From sequence record PP763257.1: 64,000 bases of DNA. One strand, given 5' to 3'. A program made the translations under genes and the position numbers. A model generated the notes under the pieces. That model did not search any database. It worked only from the letters and a program-made list of their open reading frames with translations, and was not told the origin of the DNA. Numbering within the stretch: position 1 is the stretch's first letter; each line of letters starts with the position of its first letter. The stretch comes from Acinetobacter phage Ab5. Shown here piece after piece: positions 57,961 to 64,000 of this stretch.

Positions 57961-58116
57961 ATGACAAAGAAAATTAAAATTGGTGTTCTAGAATTAGATA
58001 TGGGTAATCTTTCAGATATGATTTATGTTAATACAAAGAACCAACAACAATTAGCCACAGCGCTTCAGTTTGCAGCATACCAAGCAACATTTGAAAAGAA
58101 ACGAGGTGTTAAATGA
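57961..58116 (+). CDS. hypothetical small protein (51 aa), not in the track
   Basis: RBS TAGGAGAAAATAA ATG. MTKKIKIGVLELDMGNLSDM... Confidence 0.35.
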   Translation: MTKKIKIGVLELDMGNLSDMIYVNTKNQQQLATALQFAAYQATFEKKRGVK

Positions 58117-58289
58117 TTGATCAGCAAAAAATAGATAAATCAGGCGTTCTTGATCGATTTCATAAGAACATCGTTTCACGCTTAGTTAGTATAACTAGTA
58201 CAGGTCTGAGTGACAGTAATGAAGAGGACCTTCTAAAACTTGAGAAATTAATTCTAAAGAAATATAAAGAGATTGTTTCTGAATTATAA
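58113..58289 (+). CDS. hypothetical small protein (58 aa), not in the track
   Basis: ATGA coupling to the previous small ORF. Confidence 0.3.
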   Translation: MIDQQKIDKSGVLDRFHKNIVSRLVSITSTGLSDSNEEDLLKLEKLILKKYKEIVSEL

Positions 58290-58303
58290 TTTGGAGAGCA
58301 TTA

Positions 58304-58708
58304 ATGAGTGTTAATTATTCAAGTGTTATTTTAATTGGTGCTGATTACGATCCATTAACTTGGAATACATTAACTGACGAAGCTAAATCAATTATTCGAG
58401 AAGAGGTTTTACAAGATTCACCTATTAGTTATGAATGGGATGATGAGAATAGTGAAATTACTAATCAAGATGAGATTGAGGAAGCTTGGGAAGAGCAATG
58501 TATTTATGCATGGGAAGATCGTAAAGGTGAATGGATTAATGATTACTTTGGTTTTTCTGGAACAATTGGTAATTACTTCACTGGTGTAATTGATTATGTT
58601 GGTGTTGAAGTTCACAATTTAAATGCGGATCATCAAGAAGCTGTAGATGAGTGGTTAAAAGTCTTTACTGTTAAACCAGAATTACATCATGGTGTTTTAG
58701 TTTGGTGA
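58304..58708 (+). CDS. hypothetical highly acidic protein
   Basis: RBS GGAGAG. D/E/W-rich. Confidence 0.45.
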   Translation: MSVNYSSVILIGADYDPLTWNTLTDEAKSIIREEVLQDSPISYEWDDENSEITNQDEIEEAWEEQCIYAWEDRKGEWINDYFGFSGTIGNYFTGVIDYVGVEVHNLNADHQEAVDEWLKVFTVKPELHHGVLVW

Positions 58709-58729
58709 TTAATTATGAGGTAGTTCATA

Positions 58730-59083
58730 GTGAGTTATGATATTGATGAAGCTCAAATTGATTACGATGAAGAAGATTATGACGATCTGAACGAACAGGA
58801 AAAATCGGCATACCAATTAGCTAAAGAACGTAAAGACTTTATTAAATATAGGAGATTTTCTCTAACGCTTCATCCTAAACAAATCTATCGATCTTTTCGT
58901 AAAACAATTAAGAAAGATTTGGATGTATTTACAGATGAAGAGTTAATGACAATTTATCGCGTTCTTTGTGATGCTATGAATATGAAGAATGAAGATTTGA
59001 ATCTGCAAATGTATAAATATATTCGAGCAAGAGTTGAGAGAGCTTATAATCGTAATAGACAAAAATTAGGAAGGAACAAATGA
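58730..59083 (+). CDS. hypothetical protein (GTG start)
   Basis: ORF track. GAGG RBS. Confidence 0.4.
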   Translation: MSYDIDEAQIDYDEEDYDDLNEQEKSAYQLAKERKDFIKYRRFSLTLHPKQIYRSFRKTIKKDLDVFTDEELMTIYRVLCDAMNMKNEDLNLQMYKYIRARVERAYNRNRQKLGRNK

Positions 59084-59283
59084 CAACAAAAACAGAAGTT
59101 AAACACTACGGGATTGGTTTATTACCATTTTTAGGAATTGTATTTATCATTTTAAAACTGACAAATGTCATTGCTTGGTCATGGTGGTTAGTATTGTTAC
59201 CATTTATTATCCAAGCTGGACTTCTAATATTAGCTTTAGCTATTCTTGGAATTGCGGTTTATATTAAATATAAAAAATCATGA
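59080..59283 (+). CDS. hypothetical small membrane protein (2 TM)
   Basis: ATGA coupling. Hydrophobic. Confidence 0.45.
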   Translation: MTTKTEVKHYGIGLLPFLGIVFIILKLTNVIAWSWWLVLLPFIIQAGLLILALAILGIAVYIKYKKS

Positions 59284-59363
59284 TAATATTTGTAGTTCCA
59301 ATATTATTTCTATTTTTATATTTTGTGTACATTGATTTGTTTTGTTAATCAAGAGGGAGGATA

Positions 59364-60299
59364 ATGAATAAGATAGAGGATTATGACTTTAGTAAATTTG
59401 ACTACAATAAGAAATACCACTTACACATTGATTTCGACACTCCAATCTTCGCTAATGCTGCTGTGGTTAGTAAAGATATGTGTCAAGTTGAGCATAAAAC
59501 TTCAGGAAGAAAGAAAACTTACAAGAACTTTGATGAGTTTAGTAACTGGTTGAATCTTCCTGAAAATTTTATGTATAAGTTATCTGATTTTAACGTACCT
59601 GTTATTGGTTTTGCTATATATGGTTTAAACAAACAACTTAAAGAGATGGTGTCTCATGGTTGGGTTGGTGATTACACTTTGTACGTTGGTGGTGATACAA
59701 ACTTCAGAAAAGACTTATATCCAGAATACAAAGGAAATAGGTCTAAGTCACCAGCAATGAGGAAGGTGTTATTTAATTATGTTGTTTCCAAGTATAAAGA
59801 CAAAGTGGTTGTGAGCGATGGTGAGGAAGCAGAGGATACTTGTTTGTCAAAAGTTTTAGAAGATATTGACAGTAATGTTTGCGGATATTGTGATAAAGAC
59901 TTAACAACTCAGTCAGCATACTTCTTTAATTACAAGAAACAGGAGAAGGGTGTATTTTTTATTGATGAAAAAAAAGCTTTTTTCAATCTTTGTTGTCAGT
60001 TGTTGCATGGTGACTCTACCGACAACATATTTGGAATTAATTTTATTACTGACGAATTGAGACAAGCTTTTAAAATTAAAACAAAATCTATAGGTGCTGC
60101 AACAGCAGAAAAACTCCTTGATGATGTTAAACACGATGTTTCCTTAATGAAGGAAAGAATTGTAAATATATATCAACTATCATATGGAGATTCTTGGAAG
60201 GAGAATTTACAATTTACAGGAAGTTTGGTTTTTATTAGTAAACGACAAAGAGAGTATTTTGACGTGGAAATTTTCTTAAAAGGAGTTGAGTATGAATAG
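59364..60299 (+). CDS. 5'-3' exonuclease / flap endonuclease (FEN, T7 gp6 / T5 D15-like)
   Basis: YKGNRSKSP (Y-K-x-x-R motif) and LHGDSTDNIFGI (GDxSDNIPG motif). RBS GAGGGAGG. Confidence 0.7.
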   Translation: MNKIEDYDFSKFDYNKKYHLHIDFDTPIFANAAVVSKDMCQVEHKTSGRKKTYKNFDEFSNWLNLPENFMYKLSDFNVPVIGFAIYGLNKQLKEMVSHGWVGDYTLYVGGDTNFRKDLYPEYKGNRSKSPAMRKVLFNYVVSKYKDKVVVSDGEEAEDTCLSKVLEDIDSNVCGYCDKDLTTQSAYFFNYKKQEKGVFFIDEKKAFFNLCCQLLHGDSTDNIFGINFITDELRQAFKIKTKSIGAATAEKLLDDVKHDVSLMKERIVNIYQLSYGDSWKENLQFTGSLVFISKRQREYFDVEIFLKGVEYE

Positions 60300-60454
60300 T
60301 TATAGTTTTGAGATTAAGTGTCGATTAACTTTTGATGATATGCAAGCTACAAGTTACAAGAAAGCTTTAAGTGCTATTGAAAAGTATTTGAACCATTGTC
60401 AATTCGATTATGAAATTATTGATATTGATTGTCAGGAAAGATTGGAAAACGAAG

Positions 60455-61030
60455 ATGAGTCCTGATGAAAAGATCAAAAAAATCCTTTCCGAAAATAAAG
60501 ATATATGGAAAACAGAATCATCTTATTTCTCTTATCTTCGCGGATGTATTCGTCTTGCTTGGAATAAGAATCCTGTTAAACTAAAACTTTTAAAGAAGAT
60601 TAAAAAGCAAATTCCAAACCCTAATTACGGTAAACCTCGGAATACTAAACCTACAGTTTTTGGAGGAACTTGTGAAATTTGTAAAAATGATTTTCCAATG
60701 AAATTTTTAGAGGTTGATCATAAAGACGGTGGGGTTTATTCGTTGAAGAAGGTTGAGGATATTCAGGATTTCTTTGTTAATATTTGTATTGTTTGTGAAG
60801 ATGATCTTAGGGTTGTCTGCAAGGATTGTCATTCGTGTTTATCTTATAGTGCAAAACATAATTGTTCTTTTGAAGAAGCAAGAACTCAAAAAGAATTCAT
60901 TGAGATAAAAAAACAAAAGAAAGTGGTTGACAAACTTATTAGCTTGGGTGTAAACTCAATACCTAAGTTAAAGAAAGATCAAGAATCTTTATTGTTATCG
61001 TTGATGCTAGGAGAGGTTAATGAAAATTAG
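60455..61030 (+). CDS. HNH endonuclease (homing-endonuclease-like). ATG at 60455. The track offers 60410.
   Basis: CEICKN...LEVDHKDGG...N...CIVCE...CKDCHSC. HNH with a Cys4 zinc site. Confidence 0.6.
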   Translation: MSPDEKIKKILSENKDIWKTESSYFSYLRGCIRLAWNKNPVKLKLLKKIKKQIPNPNYGKPRNTKPTVFGGTCEICKNDFPMKFLEVDHKDGGVYSLKKVEDIQDFFVNICIVCEDDLRVVCKDCHSCLSYSAKHNCSFEEARTQKEFIEIKKQKKVVDKLISLGVNSIPKLKKDQESLLLSLMLGEVNEN

Positions 61031-61259
61031 CAAAGAAATTTATGATTTAATTGTTGATAGACATGAAATAATTAGTCAAATTGCAAGTGAATACCAAGAT
61101 AACCAAAGCATGAATGTGATTTACGGATGCGATTGTGGTTGTGGTGGTGATTCTTCGATGGATTATTTAGATTCATTAGAACAAAATTTAATTGATGTTG
61201 AGGATGAACTTCGTAATTTAGGTGTTGTTTTAGATTTTGAGGATGAAGTTGATGAGTGA
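61020..61259 (+). CDS. hypothetical protein (CDCGCGGD motif)
   Basis: ORF track. Confidence 0.4.
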   Translation: MKISKEIYDLIVDRHEIISQIASEYQDNQSMNVIYGCDCGCGGDSSMDYLDSLEQNLIDVEDELRNLGVVLDFEDEVDE

Positions 61260-61560
61260 ATTATTTGTAAATCTTGAAGAGTTTGAAGAAGTGTCTGAGG
61301 CAGCAAGTGTGCCACGTGAAGGTGATACTTGGAAAATGATTGAAGAAGGTGATTGGATTTCTGAAGGAAAATGGGAATATCAAGAGTGCGTTGTTCAGAA
61401 TATTGAAACAGGTAAGTATTATGCTTATGGTTTGAGTCGTTCTGGAAGTTATTACTCTGATTGGTATTACCCACATCGTGAAGATGATAAGGGTGTAACA
61501 TTACAGGAAGTAAAACCTGTTGAGAAAATAATCACAGTAACACACTGGGAAGCAGTTTAA
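61252..61560 (+). CDS. hypothetical protein. Start refined to the ATG at 61252 (ATGAGTGA overlap).
   Basis: Start-stop overlap. Confidence 0.4.
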   Translation: MSELFVNLEEFEEVSEAASVPREGDTWKMIEEGDWISEGKWEYQECVVQNIETGKYYAYGLSRSGSYYSDWYYPHREDDKGVTLQEVKPVEKIITVTHWEAV

Positions 61561-61585
61561 TTAGTTAAATATTTAGGAGAGAAAA

Positions 61586-61900
61586 ATGATTGGCGTTAAA
61601 TTTTTAGAGCAAAACGCAGAAAAGACTTTTGATGAGATTATTGCTAAACCAGATAATCGTAAAGTGTTTGTTGATCAGATTGGTAAATTGGCATCACAGA
61701 AAGCCACTATCGCTCGACAGCAAGAGGTTTTAAAGGATGATGTATCAATTGTAGCAGATGCTTTTAAACTTAGTAAGACAGAAGTTAATAAGCTTGTGGA
61801 AGCTCAATTAAAGGATGATATTGAAGGAAGTGTTGAGAAGCTGGAATCGTTGATTGATAAGTATCAAATTCTGTTAGGTGAAGTTGAAAACGATGAATAA
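61586..61900 (+). CDS. hypothetical protein
   Basis: RBS AGGAGAG. Confidence 0.45.
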   Translation: MIGVKFLEQNAEKTFDEIIAKPDNRKVFVDQIGKLASQKATIARQQEVLKDDVSIVADAFKLSKTEVNKLVEAQLKDDIEGSVEKLESLIDKYQILLGEVENDE

Positions 61901-62162
61901 TATTTTGAATGTTACTCTTTCTGACTTCTTACCAACAACAGAAGAGCTTGATAAGTTTTATGTCGTGTATAAGAATCAGGAAGACATTCTAAGTGTTGAT
62001 ATCAAGGAGGGAGACGAAAGTCTCCTTTCTGAATATGATGCTTGGTTTGAAAATAAAGATTTAGATGCAGAGTTGTTATTCAATGCTTTATTTATGTCTA
62101 AAGTTTTTTATGAAGCAATCAATAATGTAGAGATTGTTGAGCAAGGAGAGAGTGATGACTAA
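61893..62162 (+). CDS. hypothetical protein. Start refined to the ATG at 61893 (ATGAATAA overlap).
   Basis: Start-stop overlap. Confidence 0.4.
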   Translation: MNNILNVTLSDFLPTTEELDKFYVVYKNQEDILSVDIKEGDESLLSEYDAWFENKDLDAELLFNALFMSKVFYEAINNVEIVEQGESDD

Positions 62163-62370
62163 GAAGATTTATAATTTTAGTGTACCTATTTGTGGTGAAG
62201 AGTATTTTAGTGTAATAGCTAGTTCTTATGAAGAAGCTGTAGAAAAGATTAATAGAGAAGAATATTATGTAGAACCAACACTTGATGACATTGATTGGGA
62301 TTTTGGTTTCAGATCAGTTGGTGAAGAGCTTCCCAAATGCTACACTGTAGAAGATTATGATGGAGAGTAA
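62155..62370 (+). CDS. hypothetical protein. Start refined to the ATG at 62155 (ATGACTAA overlap).
   Basis: Start-stop overlap. GGAGAG RBS. Confidence 0.4.
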   Translation: MTKKIYNFSVPICGEEYFSVIASSYEEAVEKINREEYYVEPTLDDIDWDFGFRSVGEELPKCYTVEDYDGE

Positions 62371-62374
62371 TTGA

Positions 62375-62547
62375 TGAAAGTTTATGTACATGCAAGTTAC
62401 CTAGTAACTGAAACATTTCCGATTGAAGTGGATGAAGAAAGTGAGATTAGAGATAAGGCTTGGTCACTTGCTTATGACTTAACACATAAGTACGATGTTG
62501 AAGATATTTATGATGTTGATTGGGAAATCATTGAGGAGGATGAATGA
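62375..62547 (+). CDS. hypothetical small acidic protein (57 aa), not in the track
   Basis: RBS GGAGAGTAATTG ATG. ATGA overlap with the next gene. Confidence 0.35.
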
Positions 62548-63293
62548 AGGGTGGTGATCTAATAAACACTATTCTTCCATCAAATAACTGTGGTGATTTT
62601 ATGATTTTAGAATATGAAAATTCTAGGAGAGTTAAAGTTAGATTTTTAAAAACAGGTTATGAGTGTGTCTCATCTTTACGAAATTTGAAATTAGGTCAAG
62701 TGAAAGATAGAATGTTACCTTCTGTTTTTGGGGTTGGATTTCTTGGTGATGCGCCAACTAAGATTGATTCTTTGATATTGAGGGAATATTCTATATGGGT
62801 TCAGATGCTTCGTAGATGTTATTCTTTGGTTGATAGATCAAAATACCCCTCTTATGAAAATTGTAGTGTATCTGATTATTTTTTGAATTATTCTAATTTT
62901 AGTAGCTGGTGTAATAAACAGATTGGTTTTGGTAATCAAGGTTGGCACTTAGATAAAGACTTGTTAGTAAAAGGTAATAAAGTTTATAGTGAAGAAACGT
63001 GTATTTTCTTACCCCAAGAGTTAAACTCTTTAGTGATAAGAAACAACTCTTGTCGTGGGAAGTATCCAATTGGTGTTAGTTTCAACAAAGACTCTTCAAA
63101 ATTTATGTCGCAGTTAAGTATGTCTTTTGAAACAAAATATATTGGTTATTACAACACACCTGAAGAAGCTTTCTATGCTTATAAAGAAGCTAAAGAAGCC
63201 TTTATTAAAGAACAGGCTAAGAAGTGGAAAGATAAGATTGACCCTAGAGCTTGCGAAGCTTTGATGAATTATGAGGTAGATATTAATGATTAG
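62544..63293 (+). CDS. HNH_3-type homing endonuclease with a C-terminal AP2 DNA-binding domain
   Basis: WHLDKDLLVKGNKVYSEETCIFLPQELN (HNH_3-like H..D..N...N). PIGVSFNKDSSKFMSQLSMSFETKYIGYYNTPEEAFYAYKEA is AP2-like (GVS..K...W.A.I...GK...G.F.T.EEAA.AY). Confidence 0.55.
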   Translation: MKGGDLINTILPSNNCGDFMILEYENSRRVKVRFLKTGYECVSSLRNLKLGQVKDRMLPSVFGVGFLGDAPTKIDSLILREYSIWVQMLRRCYSLVDRSKYPSYENCSVSDYFLNYSNFSSWCNKQIGFGNQGWHLDKDLLVKGNKVYSEETCIFLPQELNSLVIRNNSCRGKYPIGVSFNKDSSKFMSQLSMSFETKYIGYYNTPEEAFYAYKEAKEAFIKEQAKKWKDKIDPRACEALMNYEVDIND

Positions 63294-63307
63294 TGAGGAT
63301 AAATAAC

Positions 63308-64000
63308 GTGGGAAAAATTACTAATGAAGATTGGAAACAGAAAGCTTTAGATTATCGCAAGCAGGGTTTATCCTCTCGTAAGATTTGTGATAAGTTGGGA
63401 TGGAGTCGAACTAAGAAAAGTACGATAAATTATTTCTTCGAACGTCATGATCGTGAACAACAAGCTGTAGATGCGTTGTTTAAATCAGCACAAGAAGAAC
63501 CAAGTGTTAAGATTCTTTATTTGGATTTGGAATACACATTCTCTTTCTCAGGACATTTTCAGAATTGGGGTGTTAATATTTCACAGGATGCCAAGATTCG
63601 TGAAAGTCATTTACTTTCTTACGCATACGCTTGGAATAACGGAGAAGTTAAGGGTGAGGTTTTAAAGGCTGAAGCTATTCAGAACGACTTACTACGATCT
63701 ATTGTTCAGAATGATGTTAAAACAGATATTGATTTTGATATGACATTAAAGCTTTGGCATTTGTTAGATCAATGTGATATTGCTATCGCACATAATTCAA
63801 GAGGTTATGACATTAAGCAAATGAATTCATTGTTTTTAAAATACAACTTACCACTACCTTCTCCGTATAAGGTTGTTGACACTTTAGCAATTGCTAAGAA
63901 GATGTTTAAACTTCCATTTAAGAGTTTGAAATACTTAGCTCAATATTTGAATGTTACACAGAAGATTGACAATGGTGGTAACGAGTTTTGGCGTTTGGCT
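63308..64000 (+). CDS. DnaQ-like (DEDD family) 3'-5' exonuclease, GTG start, truncated at the window end
   Basis: Open frame from GTG 63308 to the window end, not in the track. ILYLDLEYTF (Exo I D-x-E) and IAHNSRGYDIKQMN (Exo II). RBS GAGGA. Confidence 0.55.
   Translation, partial: MGKITNEDWKQKALDYRKQGLSSRKICDKLGWSRTKKSTINYFFERHDREQQAVDALFKSAQEEPSVKILYLDLEYTFSFSGHFQNWGVNISQDAKIRESHLLSYAYAWNNGEVKGEVLKAEAIQNDLLRSIVQNDVKTDIDFDMTLKLWHLLDQCDIAIAHNSRGYDIKQMNSLFLKYNLPLPSPYKVVDTLAIAKKMFKLPFKSLKYLAQYLNVTQKIDNGGNEFWRLA

Noticed and set aside
58304-58708. Ocr/ArdA-like DNA-mimic anti-restriction function for the acidic 134-aa protein
   Set aside because: Acidity alone is not diagnostic. No recognisable Ocr or ArdA motif spacing, and the gene sits mid-genome rather than at the leading early end.
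1-64000. CRISPR array, integrase, reverse transcriptase/DGR, toxin-antitoxin pair
   Set aside because: I saw no regularly spaced repeat-spacer array, no tyrosine or serine recombinase motifs (for example R..H..R..Y), and no RT (YxDD) signature in any frame I inspected. The repeats present are iteron-like or palindromic, not CRISPR-like.

Overview
This window is an AT-rich segment of a tailed-phage genome that uses Shine-Dalgarno sites, with three transcription blocks. Block one (1..3399, + strand) holds small early ORFs behind promoter-like sites and an iteron-like repeat array. Block two (16188 down to 4166, - strand) is a leftward operon of about 35 mostly small genes with tight start/stop coupling. 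Within it I can support a PhoH-like ATPase, a ClpP-like S14 peptidase, an embedded i-spanin/o-spanin pair with an L-S-G-C lipobox (which implies a Gram-negative host), a DprA/SLOG-like Rossmann protein, and a homing-endonuclease-like gene split by one in-frame TAG. That gene has five tandem zinc-ribbon repeats and a T5orf172/GIY-YIG-like C-terminus. Block three (16552..64000, + strand) starts with a SleB-like cell-wall hydrolase and a terminator, then a full morphogenesis module. That module runs TerS?, TerL (TTG start), portal, S49 prohead protease with coiled-coil tail, major capsid, connectors, collagen-like fibre protein, short sheath and tube, tape measure, a Mu/P2-like baseplate (hub, V, W/gp25, J, I), tail fibre, two holin-like proteins, a GH19 endolysin, a beta-helix tailspike and a second fibre sharing its N-terminal anchor. 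A T7-like replication module follows. It holds a DNA-binding protein, a TOPRIM-DnaB helicase without zinc ribbon, a family A DNA polymerase with 3'-5' exonuclease, an SSB with acidic C-terminal F, a FEN 5'-3' exonuclease, HNH and HNH-AP2 homing endonucleases, and a DnaQ-like exonuclease truncated at the window end. The most unusual signals are listed here. (1) A 72-bp perfect inverted-repeat element lies at 16349..16420 and 49114..49185. Each copy sits about 14 nt after a sigma70-like promoter, and the second is on the - strand inside a + strand gene block, which suggests an ncRNA or antisense RNA. (2) A homing-endonuclease-like gene is interrupted by an amber codon. (3) A 430-bp hairpin-rich non-coding region carries a tRNA-like T-arm and acceptor fragment. 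(4) Iteron-like TAGTGT repeats with ACTAGT palindromes occupy the window start. (5) Lysis genes are split over three loci. (6) A second, standalone ClpP-like peptidase sits in the early block. (7) The genome is a Mu/P2-type contractile tail joined to a T7-type replisome and PhoH. No CRISPR array, integrase or reverse transcriptase is visible. All functional calls rest on motifs I read in the translations and would need HMM or BLAST confirmation.
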